Of a stretch of 58,213 nt of DNA, positions 46,798 through 56,289 are shown piece after piece. The position numbers were made by a program, and so were the translations under genes. The stretch is taken from positions 1-58,213 of the forward strand of contig JAGVWA010000003.1 of assembly GCA_018304505.1 (NCBI GenBank), given 5' to 3'. Every line of letters starts with the position of its first letter. Within the stretch, counting starts at the first letter, position 1. Below the pieces are notes generated by a model that was not told the origin of the DNA, ran no database searches, and saw only the letters and a list, made by a program, of their open reading frames with translations. This DNA comes from Nanobdellati archaeon. GTDB taxonomy: Archaea > B1Sed10-29 > JAGVWA01.

Positions 46798-48693
46798 ATG
46801 GCAGACTTTATCAAAGAACTAGCAAAGCAAGTGCATGAAATCCTGCCTAGCGAAGCAGAGATCACTAGTATTGAGGCAGAGGGACCAGAAATCGTAATTT
46901 ATACGAAGAACCTGAAACTTTTCCAGGATCAGGAGCGACTCATCAAAGGCCTTGCAGGACAACTCAAGAAGCGCTTCGTCGTCAGGAGCGACGCATCTCA
47001 ATTAATGACGCCAGAGGAAGCTGAAAAGAAAATCCGCGAAATACTGCCAGAAGAAGCAGGGCTAGAAACCATAATGTTTGACCCGGAATTCCACCAAGTG
47101 AACATCGAGGCACGCAAAATCGGCCTCGTCATCGGCCACCACGGGGACACGCTAAAGGAAATCGCGCGCCAGACCAACTGGGTTGCAAAGCCCCTGAGAA
47201 TGCCAACAATGCCAACCACAATGCTCAAGTCGATAAGACAGCTTCTAGTCAAAGAAGCAAAGACCAGGAAGGCACTGCTCAAGAAAGTCGGGAAACAGAT
47301 CTACAGGGAACAGACAAAACCGACCGACTGGATTCGATTCACGACACTCGGCGCCAGCAGGCAAGTCGGCAGGTCATGTTTCTTACTCGAAACCCCAGAG
47401 TCCAAGGTCTTCCTTGATTGCGGCCTCGGCACAGGCCCTGGGGACCAGAGGTTCCCATACCTATCCTCAGTAGACTTCTCGCTCGACGAACTCGACGCAG
47501 TAATACTAAGCCACGGCCACTTAGACCACAGCGGCATGATTCCATACCTCTTTGAATACGGCTATGATGGGCCACTTTACTGCACAACCCCAACACGGGA
47601 TGTGATTGCGCTGCTGCAGAAGGACATGCTCAACGTCTTCGTCAAAAACAACGAGGTGCCGCCATACGACGAAAAGGCCATCAAGAAGCAGATCCTACAC
47701 TGCATCACCCGAGAATATGGCGAAGTCACAGACATCTCTCCGGACATGAGAATGACATTCCAAAACGCAGGACACATTCTTGGCAGCGCCTTAACGCATT
47801 TGCACATCGGCGATGGCGCACACAACCTAGTTTACACGGGCGACCTGAAGTTCGGTTTCTCAGAACTTTTCGACCCCGCAGAATCACGATTTCCAAGGGT
47901 TGAGACGCTGGTAATAGAATCCACTTACGGGGGCAACGTCCACACTACGGCTCCAAGGTTCATGGCAGAGAAACAGTTAATGGACTACATCATCAACACC
48001 GTCGAGAAGAACAACGGAATCGTCCTTATTCCGAGTTTCGCAGTTGAAAGGGCACAAGAGGCGATGCTCGTCATTGAAGCCTACGCGCGGCAGCACCCTG
48101 AGTGGGACATACCAGTATACTTGGACGGAATGATAAAGGAAGCCTGTGCCATTCATACAGCGTATCCTGAGTATCTGAAACGCAATGTCCAGCGCCGGAT
48201 CTTGCACAACGACTCGCCGTTCAGCTCCCATATTTTCCAGTCAGTGGATCCTGTAAAAAGAGAGGAAATCGTGAACCAGGGACGCTGCGTTATTATAGCA
48301 CCCGCGGGCATGATGAACGGCGGCCCCGTGCTCGACTACTTCAAACGCACATGCGAAGACCCAAAGAACCAACTGATTTTCATGTCTTTCCAAGCAGAAG
48401 GAACGCTTGGCCAAAAAATCAAGGGCGGCGCCAGAAAAGTAGTCTTAGAAGACAAAGCAGGGGCAAGGGAATACGAAATCAAAATGAAGGTCAACGAAAT
48501 CCCGGGCTTCAGTGGGCACGCCGATTTCAACCAGCTCCTGGGCTTCTACAAAAAACTCTCGCCAAAACCAGAACGCGTCTTGACGATTCACGGCGAGGAA
48601 AAATCCTGTGTCAACCTTGCAAGGACGCTGGGATACAAATTCCGTGTAGAGGCCAGCGCGCCGCGTAACCTCGACGCGATACGGCTGAAGTAG
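46798..48693 (+). CDS. fttA: Beta-CASP ribonuclease aCPSF1 / termination factor FttA
   Basis: Tandem KH N-terminus (EGPEIVIY), VGRS, HGHLDH, AGHILGS, ESTYG, FSGHAD, HGE; follows psmB. Confidence 0.95.
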   Translation: MADFIKELAKQVHEILPSEAEITSIEAEGPEIVIYTKNLKLFQDQERLIKGLAGQLKKRFVVRSDASQLMTPEEAEKKIREILPEEAGLETIMFDPEFHQVNIEARKIGLVIGHHGDTLKEIARQTNWVAKPLRMPTMPTTMLKSIRQLLVKEAKTRKALLKKVGKQIYREQTKPTDWIRFTTLGASRQVGRSCFLLETPESKVFLDCGLGTGPGDQRFPYLSSVDFSLDELDAVILSHGHLDHSGMIPYLFEYGYDGPLYCTTPTRDVIALLQKDMLNVFVKNNEVPPYDEKAIKKQILHCITREYGEVTDISPDMRMTFQNAGHILGSALTHLHIGDGAHNLVYTGDLKFGFSELFDPAESRFPRVETLVIESTYGGNVHTTAPRFMAEKQLMDYIINTVEKNNGIVLIPSFAVERAQEAMLVIEAYARQHPEWDIPVYLDGMIKEACAIHTAYPEYLKRNVQRRILHNDSPFSSHIFQSVDPVKREEIVNQGRCVIIAPAGMMNGGPVLDYFKRTCEDPKNQLIFMSFQAEGTLGQKIKGGARKVVLEDKAGAREYEIKMKVNEIPGFSGHADFNQLLGFYKKLSPKPERVLTIHGEEKSCVNLARTLGYKFRVEASAPRNLDAIRLK

Positions 48694-48770
48694 CGCTTGG
48701 TGTAATTCTTGGTGCATCGTAGGCCCATTAAACAAATAGCCTTAAATATGTGGTCACCTATAATTTATGC

Positions 48771-49721
48771 ATGTTTATAGAAACGCGCAGGGTGGGCAAG
48801 AAACAGAAATTTTATCTCGTTCACTCCTTCCGGCGTGCGGGCAAAGTAGAAAAACTTCGCAGGTACTTGGGGGCAGACTTAACAAAAAAAGAGATTGAGG
48901 GGGCCAAAGAAATTGCGGAAAGGCAGCTTCTGCAACGGGCTGCAGTGTACAAAAAAATCCGGGATCCGCTAATGACGACCTTGTCGCAAGAGGAACTTGA
49001 ACAACTCAAATATCTTGAGAAAAAATCGCACTTCAAAATATTCCACTTGTCTGAAAAAGAATGGAAGGAATTTGCTGAAACCTTCACATACAACACCAAT
49101 GCAATCGAGGGTTCAGAACTGACAGAAAAAGAAGTAAAACAAATCGTCGAAAAAAATGAGTGGCCGGCATTCAAATCAAAAGAAGATATTTCTGAAGCAT
49201 ATGGGGTTATGGAAGCGATAGCCCACACTAGAAAAACAAAAACACACATCTCATTAGACTTACTCAAAGAGCTGCACAAGCTCGCCTTCAAGAACTCAAA
49301 AAGTTTTGCGGGGCAACTAAGAAAAAAAGGAATCGAGGTAGTCATTAGAGACGGGTTTGGAAACGTTGTCCATCAAGGGGCCCCTGCAGAAACCGTCCCG
49401 GGCCTGCTAAAAGAACTAGCGTCCTGGTACAACAAATACCGAAACAAATACCCCCCATTAGTATTAGCGTCTGTTGTTCACAATCAATTTGAAAATATCC
49501 ACCCATTCCAAGACGGCAACGGCAGAGTTGGCAGGTTGCTATTAAACAACATCCTGATAAAACACGGTTTGCCTCCTGTTAACATAGAGTTCACAAGAAG
49601 AAGAGAATACTACGCAGCATTACAAGCTTACGAGAACAACCACGACCTTAGACCAACGATAGAGCTTCTCCTCTCAGAATACAAAACCCTCAAAAAGAAA
49701 GGTGACCACAAAACTAGCTGA
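48771..49721 (+). CDS. Fic-domain protein (class II, internal inhibitory motif)
   Basis: HPFQDGNGRVGR catalytic motif; TNAIEGS inhibitory motif; N-terminal YLVHSFR...YLG domain. Confidence 0.92.
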   Translation: MFIETRRVGKKQKFYLVHSFRRAGKVEKLRRYLGADLTKKEIEGAKEIAERQLLQRAAVYKKIRDPLMTTLSQEELEQLKYLEKKSHFKIFHLSEKEWKEFAETFTYNTNAIEGSELTEKEVKQIVEKNEWPAFKSKEDISEAYGVMEAIAHTRKTKTHISLDLLKELHKLAFKNSKSFAGQLRKKGIEVVIRDGFGNVVHQGAPAETVPGLLKELASWYNKYRNKYPPLVLASVVHNQFENIHPFQDGNGRVGRLLLNNILIKHGLPPVNIEFTRRREYYAALQAYENNHDLRPTIELLLSEYKTLKKKGDHKTS

Positions 49722-49862
49722 GTACCAGGGGAACGTGGTCACCCAAATAGTTACTGCTCAACATTTGCACTGCGCATGCAAAAGCTTAAAAAACAAGCAG
49801 CGGGCCTACGAAGCAACGCCCCTGGGCAATTCTATTTATAGTATCTCGTCGTTTCGATAATC

Positions 49863-51116
49863 ATGCCGAACACCCATGGCCTTTCTGAGCTTGCGGACCA
49901 GATGCTCCATGAACCGAGGAAGCAAAAGGAACTGTTCCTAAAAGCCCCAGCTAACGAGCAAGGAGACCTGCTTCTGATGCTGCCTTCCAGGGTTCAGAAG
50001 GAGGTTTTGGACAAACTAGATGACGGCACAATCATAAGTATCTGCCACTATCTTGACCCCGACGACACAACAGACGTGATACAGAAACTCAACAAAGAAA
50101 AAAGAAAACCCATTACGGAAAGCCTAAACAAGGAAACCAAGGAAAAGGTGGACTTCCTGCTGCGCTTTAATCCGCGGACAGCAGCAGGCCTGATGAACCT
50201 CGACTTCATCATTGTAGATACGGAAAAAACCGTCGATGAAGTATCAGAGCTTATAAGGCGGCACGAAAAACGCACGGGGAAGGCTCCTGCAGTTCTAGTA
50301 ACCGAAAGTGGCATTCTGGCAGGCGAAGTGCCGGGCTATCAGCTAGTAATACACAAGCAGGGCGCGAAAATCGGGACAATCATGAAAAAAATCCCTAGCA
50401 TTGCGTATAACAGTAAACAGAATGAGGTCATCCACAAATTCAAAAGGCACAGACACGACAAGATCGCGGTGCTGGATAATGACAAAAGCATCATGGGAAT
50501 CATTTACTCCGATGACGTTCTCCAGCTGATGGAAGACCAGTCCACCAAGTCATTGTTCTCATTTGCTGGCGTCAGCAGGGAAGAAAGCGCACTAGACTCG
50601 ACAATGACCAAGGTCAAATACAGGTACAAGTGGCTCATTCTCAATCTTTTTACAGCGTTTATGGCAGCAGCCGTTGTAAGCCTTTTCGAAAAAACCATCT
50701 CATCATTTGTGCTCCTGGCTGTTTACATGCCCATTGTCGCAGGCATGGGCGGAAACGCGGGCACCCAGGCCCTTGCAGTCGCGGTGCGCGGCCTGACCCT
50801 GAAGGAAATCGATCTATCGACAGCCAAAAAAACAATAATAAACGAGGTGCTTGCCGGCCTTACTAATGGAGTAATTGTTGGCGTCATCATTACGTTTATT
50901 GCCGCGGCCCTGCACCAAAACCCCTTGTTCGGATTTATTGTCGGGGCATCAATGATAATAACGCTGATGGTCGCCGGTTTTTTCGGGGCACTGACCCCCC
51001 TGCTGATGAGCCGTCTTGGCAAGGACCCAGCATCGTCGTCAAGCATATTCATCACCACCGCGACGGACATGTTCGGCTTCTTCACATTCCTCGGTCTGGC
51101 AAGCGTTCTTCTCTGA
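49863..51116 (+). CDS. mgtE: Magnesium transporter MgtE
   Basis: AAGLM CBS pair, RYKWLILN, GMGGNAGTQ, DPA..FITTATD. Confidence 0.93.
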   Translation: MPNTHGLSELADQMLHEPRKQKELFLKAPANEQGDLLLMLPSRVQKEVLDKLDDGTIISICHYLDPDDTTDVIQKLNKEKRKPITESLNKETKEKVDFLLRFNPRTAAGLMNLDFIIVDTEKTVDEVSELIRRHEKRTGKAPAVLVTESGILAGEVPGYQLVIHKQGAKIGTIMKKIPSIAYNSKQNEVIHKFKRHRHDKIAVLDNDKSIMGIIYSDDVLQLMEDQSTKSLFSFAGVSREESALDSTMTKVKYRYKWLILNLFTAFMAAAVVSLFEKTISSFVLLAVYMPIVAGMGGNAGTQALAVAVRGLTLKEIDLSTAKKTIINEVLAGLTNGVIVGVIITFIAAALHQNPLFGFIVGASMIITLMVAGFFGALTPLLMSRLGKDPASSSSIFITTATDMFGFFTFLGLASVLL

Positions 51117-51224
51117 AGCAAAGGACCTAATTTTTTATAAATACGGTTATCTGCAAACCGCTAGGAAAAAAAGTCGATTAGTAATAAACTACGAAAAAAA
51201 AGCGAGATAAATGGGCCTTGCTGT

Positions 51225-51389
51225 TTACGCAACGTCGTGGGTAATTTTTCGGTGCTTCACTGCTTTTTCAATGTCTTTTAAATCCCCACAGTGCACTTTC
51301 CTATCCTCGAATTTATTGATTTTTTTCTTGAAGGATTTCGCGAATATCACATAATAGTCGCTTCTTTTAGCGTTTTTCCATATAGAATT
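51225..51389 (-). pseudogene. Possible remnant of an archaeal ATPase/DUF234 C-terminus
   Basis: Startless frame ...WKNAKRSDYYVIFAKSFKKKI...DLKDIEK; AT-rich; resemblance by recall only. Confidence 0.35.
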
Positions 51390-51497
51390 TCATATATACC
51401 TAATAGGTATAATCCCTAACAGGTATATAAATTTTTTGTGTTGCCGCGTGTTGTTCAACACCAAACGCTTTTAAACCACGTTTTCCCCAATCACATC

Positions 51498-52778
51498 ATG
51501 CAGTACAAACAAATCGCTGACGCTGAAACGCACGAAGGCAAGGCACTCAGGTTACGGGGCTGGATCCACAGAACCAGGCACAGCAACAAGCTCGGGTTTA
51601 TCGTGCTCAGGGACTCAAGCGGAATAATACAATGCGTCATCAATTCTGACCATCCAAAATTCCGGGAAGCAGTAAGCCTCGGAATCGAAAGCGCAATATC
51701 CCTTTCCGGAAAGGTGAAAAAAGATGAACGCGCACCCGGCGGATATGAACTCGCTGTTGAAGAATTCGAGACAATTCACCGCGCTGAAGTTTTCCCGATA
51801 ACAAAAGACCAGAGCGACGAGTTCTTGCTGGACATAAGGCACTTGACTGTGCGGAGCCAAAAAGTCACGAACGCGCTAAAGGTCCGTAGCACGGTTTTCG
51901 AAGCCATACACGAATACTTCAGGAAACTTGGGTACTTCGAGGTGCAGAGCCCGATCATCACGCCGACTGCCGGCGAATCAGGAAGTGACCAATTCAACGT
52001 CAAGTACTTTGATGAAGAAGCGTACCTGGCACAGACGTGGCAGCTGTACGCCGAAGCAGTCGTATTGGCCCTAGAAAAGATCTACTGCATCGCGCCGAGT
52101 TTCAGGGCCGAGAAGTCAAGAACAACAAGGCACTTGACAGAGTACTGGCACGCCGAAGTCGAAACGGCATGGCAGGATCTTGAGGGGCTCATTGCATTGG
52201 CAGAAGGCCTTATAGTTCACATCATCAAAACCGTTATACGTGAAAGAAAGCGCGAACTCGAATTCTTCGAGATCAACGTGAAGAAACTCCAAGAAATAAA
52301 GGCGCCGTTTAAGCGCATCACATACGACGAGGCCCTGATGATACTGAAAAAACGTGGCGTGGAAACCGCATGGGGCAAGGACCTCAGGACACTCGAGGAA
52401 AGGGAAATCCTCGACGAATTCGGAAACAAACCGGTCTTTGTTACGCATTTCCCAAAGCAAATCAAGGCATTCTACATGCCGCGAGACCCAGAAAAACCAG
52501 AGACTGCGCGCTGTTTCGACTTACTTGCCCCGGGTGTCGGCGAGATCATTGGAGCAAGCGAACGCGATCTCGACATTGATGAGATGAAGAAATCGCTAAC
52601 TGCTGCTGGCGAAAAGGTCGAGACGTACGACTGGTACTTCGACACCAGGCGCTATGGTTCAGTGCCGCACGCTGGTTTTGGCCTTGGCGTTGAGCGGGTT
52701 GTGCAGTGGCTAACTGGGCTGGAACACATAAGGGACACAATTGCCTTCCCAAGGACCTTGAACAGGTTCAGGCCATAG
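51498..52778 (+). CDS. asnS: Asparaginyl-tRNA synthetase
   Basis: LRGW..FIVLRDSSGIIQ OB fold, FRAEKSRTTRHLTEYW, YGSVPHAGFGLGVER. Confidence 0.92.
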   Translation: MQYKQIADAETHEGKALRLRGWIHRTRHSNKLGFIVLRDSSGIIQCVINSDHPKFREAVSLGIESAISLSGKVKKDERAPGGYELAVEEFETIHRAEVFPITKDQSDEFLLDIRHLTVRSQKVTNALKVRSTVFEAIHEYFRKLGYFEVQSPIITPTAGESGSDQFNVKYFDEEAYLAQTWQLYAEAVVLALEKIYCIAPSFRAEKSRTTRHLTEYWHAEVETAWQDLEGLIALAEGLIVHIIKTVIRERKRELEFFEINVKKLQEIKAPFKRITYDEALMILKKRGVETAWGKDLRTLEEREILDEFGNKPVFVTHFPKQIKAFYMPRDPEKPETARCFDLLAPGVGEIIGASERDLDIDEMKKSLTAAGEKVETYDWYFDTRRYGSVPHAGFGLGVERVVQWLTGLEHIRDTIAFPRTLNRFRP

Positions 52779-52821
52779 TTCTAGAGAAAATGATAAATTC
52801 ACCCTGCACGCCAATACACGT

Positions 52822-53127
52822 GTGTGGGACACAACAGAAGACGACTTGGGTTTTACGCCGAATGATGAGGAGATTGCTGCTACAAGACAGGCCGCGACCG
52901 AGTTCATTGACGGAAAACAGCGCGAACTCATTGAAGCAATGCAGCTGGCACGCGGGCTCTCATTTGGTGGCCGATTTCATGAAGAAAGGAATTTCGCCAC
53001 TTATGATGCAGAGAAAGATTTTTCTGGTCGCATAGCATTCACTGTTGACGATCATCTGCACGTCTCTGCTGCCGATGAGAATGAAGGCCCACAAACAACC
53101 CGGGAAGGGGCGCCAAAGGTAGAGTAA
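52822..53127 (+). CDS. Small orphan protein, MW-start group (GTG-TGG; MWDTTEDD..., 101 aa)
   Basis: Shares ATEFIDGKQR..LA..FGG with 53433..53723. Confidence 0.65.
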   Translation: MWDTTEDDLGFTPNDEEIAATRQAATEFIDGKQRELIEAMQLARGLSFGGRFHEERNFATYDAEKDFSGRIAFTVDDHLHVSAADENEGPQTTREGAPKVE

Positions 53128-53179
53128 CACACCAAAAGGTATAAATATCACTTTTTTGCAGAATTTTATGTGTTTTTAC

Positions 53180-53443
53180 ATGTGGGAAAACAACTTGAGT
53201 ACAGAGGACGTTGCATCCTGGGCTGAACGGCAGCGCGAACTTAAACGGGCCAAAGCGGCACTGGGAGAGCCAGGGATGACTGGCTGGACCGTTGGTGAAT
53301 TCAACACGTATTTTGCAGGCGTTGATACAGCTGGTGTGCTACACTTTCATGTTGGACACGAGGCGCTGAAGAAGATAAGCCAAGTCAAAAGCGCTCTTGG
53401 CGAAGATGATACAATCGCCATCGGTGATAACAATGTGGAATAA
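53180..53443 (+). CDS. Small orphan protein, MW-start group (MWENNLST..., 87 aa)
   Basis: ATG-TGG at 53180; TATAAATA at 53140-53147. Confidence 0.6.
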   Translation: MWENNLSTEDVASWAERQRELKRAKAALGEPGMTGWTVGEFNTYFAGVDTAGVLHFHVGHEALKKISQVKSALGEDDTIAIGDNNVE

Positions 53444-53723
53444 GGCAGAACAGCAATTGGCAGAGGCAGAAGCCACCAAGTTCGTTGACAACATGCAAAG
53501 AAGCGTAGCCTTGGCAGTTAAATTTGGCGGGACGCTGAGGCCTGGTGAATCTGTCCGAGGGAAAATTGGTGCTGTGCATGCATTCATTGAGCGCGGTTTT
53601 GATGGCAAGGTTGATGTATTAACAGCGCCCACGCCAAACGAATTGGAAAGCCAACTTAAAGATCGCGAAGATCAAACGTGGCTAAAAAGAACGTACCGCG
53701 ATACCTACGGCAGAGAGTACTGA
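53433..53723 (+). CDS. Small orphan protein, MW-start group (MWNKAEQQ..., 96 aa)
   Basis: ATG-TGG at 53433 with GGTGA 6 nt upstream; ATKFVDNMQR..LAVKFGG. Confidence 0.65.
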   Translation: MWNKAEQQLAEAEATKFVDNMQRSVALAVKFGGTLRPGESVRGKIGAVHAFIERGFDGKVDVLTAPTPNELESQLKDREDQTWLKRTYRDTYGREY

Positions 53724-54220
53724 TTTATCTGCTGCAACTCATTTTCACTCAACTTGTGGCAAATCGTGCTGCAGTGCACCAGAACCTTGTCATGCAGGTT
53801 TAGGCCATGCATCGCGATGTGCGGGAACACCTCAAGGCTCGATTTTTCAGTCTCGCCATTTCCATACTTAACCATCGCGGTCATCATCTTCTCCCCCTTA
53901 ATGCGTTCCGCCTTGAAACCAATGACTGAGGCAAGCATTATGGGGCAGCCCGCGCCGTTCTTGTTGTGCCCATTAAAAAAGTAATCCAAAACGTAATTCC
54001 TCCTCGACAGGAAGCCAAGAAACGGCTTCTCCTGAATTTTTTCCAAAACCCCGGCATACTCCTTGGGAAACGCGGCCTCAAGATCCTTCTCGCCCGGCCC
54101 GCCGTGCTTCAGGGCATAGTAAAGCCTGCCTTTTATGTCCTCACCCGCACTGGTTTTTATCATCGGCAGACACAGGCTCAAAAACAGGCTTGTTTCCTTT
54201 TTGTTTAGTTTCTTCATCAT
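53705..54220 (-). CDS. Hypothetical protein with a C-terminal OB-like DKVLVH...C..L motif (DUF6390-like)
   Basis: Probable ATG at 54220; HNxxxxxCP and VLVHCSTICHKL; family by recall only. Confidence 0.55.
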   Translation of the reverse strand: MMKKLNKKETSLFLSLCLPMIKTSAGEDIKGRLYYALKHGGPGEKDLEAAFPKEYAGVLEKIQEKPFLGFLSRRNYVLDYFFNGHNKNGAGCPIMLASVIGFKAERIKGEKMMTAMVKYGNGETEKSSLEVFPHIAMHGLNLHDKVLVHCSTICHKLSENELQQINQYSLP

Positions 54221-54263
54221 CCCAGTATTATGCCTTAAATAGAATAAAAAGCATAACCCTTCC

Positions 54264-55025
54264 ATGGATTTTTCACAGGCCCAACAAAGCATCTGCAGGG
54301 CTCTCGACAACAACGAAATGCTGCTCATCGCCGGAAACTGCAACGTGAAATACGACGGCCGCGCAGGCTCGCGATTAGACGAGGGTGAACGCCTCATCAT
54401 TGTCAAGGGCGACAAGAGCTTCGCCGTGCACCAGAACCAGAAGCTGACACCGGTGAATTACCAAAGCCCGGGATGCACCATAACAACCGAGATAACAGGC
54501 AACGACACACTCCTAATAAAATCGCTGCGTAGAAAGCCTGTAAAGGAACTGATACAAGTCGACTTTTCAGACATCTCGTTCCTTACCTCATTATCGCTCC
54601 AGGACAAGAACAAGCTCCGTTTGGGGGGCATGGAAACCGACATACACAAAGAGCTTGTTAAGGACTTGGGCGTTGTCGAGCAAGGGCTGGTGCCGGTTAA
54701 ACGCGAAAGCCACATGACGAGGGGCAGCATTGACATATACGCCATGGACAAAAACAGGATTCCAGTAGTCATTGAAGTAAAACGGCGCAAGGCGGGCCTG
54801 CTTGAGGCAACACAATTGAAGCGCTACGTCACTGAATTGCGGAAGCAGAAAAACCAGCGCATACGCGGCATCCTTCTTGCGCCGGACATCACCGACAAAG
54901 CCAAAGCAATGCTGGAAAACGATGGGCTTGAGTTCCGCAAATTGAATTACGAGATGCAGGAAACCGATGTGAAGTTAAAGGGCCTGCAGGCGAAACAAAG
55001 GGGCCTGGCCGAGTTTTTCAATTAA
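54264..55025 (+). CDS. nucS: Endonuclease NucS/EndoMS
   Basis: CNVKYDGRAGS, KGDKSFAVH, PVNYQ, GSIDI, IEVKRR, QLKRYV, RGILLAP. Confidence 0.95.
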   Translation: MDFSQAQQSICRALDNNEMLLIAGNCNVKYDGRAGSRLDEGERLIIVKGDKSFAVHQNQKLTPVNYQSPGCTITTEITGNDTLLIKSLRRKPVKELIQVDFSDISFLTSLSLQDKNKLRLGGMETDIHKELVKDLGVVEQGLVPVKRESHMTRGSIDIYAMDKNRIPVVIEVKRRKAGLLEATQLKRYVTELRKQKNQRIRGILLAPDITDKAKAMLENDGLEFRKLNYEMQETDVKLKGLQAKQRGLAEFFN

Positions 55026-55101
55026 CTTGGCGCGGTTTAAACCAGTTTAAACTAACTTCAGTGGCAAAATCGTTATAAGGAAAGCCGGCCACAACCATCG
55101 C

Positions 55102-55512
55102 ATGGTGAGGTACTACCTCGACAGTGATGTATGGATTTGTTATATGGATGAAACCGATGCGCGGCACGATGAAGCCTGCACGTTGTTCAGAAAGGTGTTG
55201 GGTGACAGGGGAGTTATTTTGGTTTCGCGTAGGCATGTTATGGAAATGAAGAGTACTGGTTATCTGAATGAATTCAAGCTATTGCGTGATGGGATGTGGA
55301 GAATTTGGGAGTGTGTGCAGGTGGCGGATGAAGAATTAGATAGACAGCTTGCCCTAAGGCACCAGGAATATTTCCAAGTTGGCTTTGGAGACTGCTTGCA
55401 TTTGGTCTTAGCAATGAAGAATGGGGCGACAGCGTGCTCTTATGATGGGCATTGGCACGTTGTTGGAAGAGAACTTGGAACTAGGGTGTGTTATCCAAGA
55501 GATCTTCTTTAG
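55102..55512 (+). CDS. PIN-domain (VapC-like) toxin, copy A
   Basis: YYLDSDVWI, GFGDCLHL, SYDGHW. Confidence 0.85.
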   Translation: MVRYYLDSDVWICYMDETDARHDEACTLFRKVLGDRGVILVSRRHVMEMKSTGYLNEFKLLRDGMWRIWECVQVADEELDRQLALRHQEYFQVGFGDCLHLVLAMKNGATACSYDGHWHVVGRELGTRVCYPRDLL

Positions 55513-55741
55513 TCGGGGGCTTAAAGTACTTTTTGTCCTCTTCTTGTTCTTTTAAAATGTCATCGAACATCAGGTTGAAGGCCTTTACGTGATCGCCGTT
55601 TGCCTTCCGTAGATATCCATCATCGATTTTTTTCTTTGCACGCCGCGCAATTAGGGTGCATTGTTCTACGTGCTCAATGTCATACAGTGGCGTGCCGTGA
55701 TTCCGTGTGCTGGCCGTGACTGCGTTGCCAATAACTCCCAT
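55481..55741 (-). CDS. Putative antitoxin, copy A (RHH helices missing)
   Basis: C-terminal half aligns with 56284..56592 (RRAKKKIDDGYLRKANGD vs REAKRDIWEHYMKLAKGD). Confidence 0.6.
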   Translation of the reverse strand: MGVIGNAVTASTRNHGTPLYDIEHVEQCTLIARRAKKKIDDGYLRKANGDHVKAFNLMFDDILKEQEEDKKYFKPPTKEDLLDNTP

Positions 55742-55875
55742 TATCTATAATAGTGAAGCAAAGTATTTAATGATTTTGTAAACTAGGTATAGTTAAAACC
55801 AGGCAATGGAATAAACGGGGTTAAACCAGCATCGGTTGCAAAAACATTATTAATACCGTTGTCCATAACATTGGC

Positions 55876-56289
55876 ATGGTGAAATACTACCTCGACACCT
55901 GCGTCTGGATTGCTTATTTCAATAAACATGAGAAACAACACGCTGAAGCAGCTGAATTATTTAGAAAGATTATTGAAACACCTGGAATGCAAATCATCAT
56001 AAGCCGGCGACATACGCACGAGATGGCAAACAAAAACTTCTTGGACAAATTCAACCGATTAAAAAATTTGCTTTACAAACGTGGGAAATGCCGTGGTGTT
56101 CAAACTACTGAATTTGACAGGCAGATCGCGCTGTACCATAATCAGTACTTCAGGCTAGGTTATGGAGATTGCCTGCATTTGCAAGTTGCCAAAAAGGGGA
56201 AAGCATTGCCTATAAGCTACGACAATGACTGGCATGAGATAGGTTCACGGATCCAAATTAGAGTATACCTACCAGAAGAATTACTATAA
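55876..56289 (+). CDS. PIN-domain (VapC-like) toxin, copy B
   Basis: YYLDTCVWI, GYGDCLHL, SYDNDW; clear paralog of copy A. Confidence 0.88.
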   Translation: MVKYYLDTCVWIAYFNKHEKQHAEAAELFRKIIETPGMQIIISRRHTHEMANKNFLDKFNRLKNLLYKRGKCRGVQTTEFDRQIALYHNQYFRLGYGDCLHLQVAKKGKALPISYDNDWHEIGSRIQIRVYLPEELL

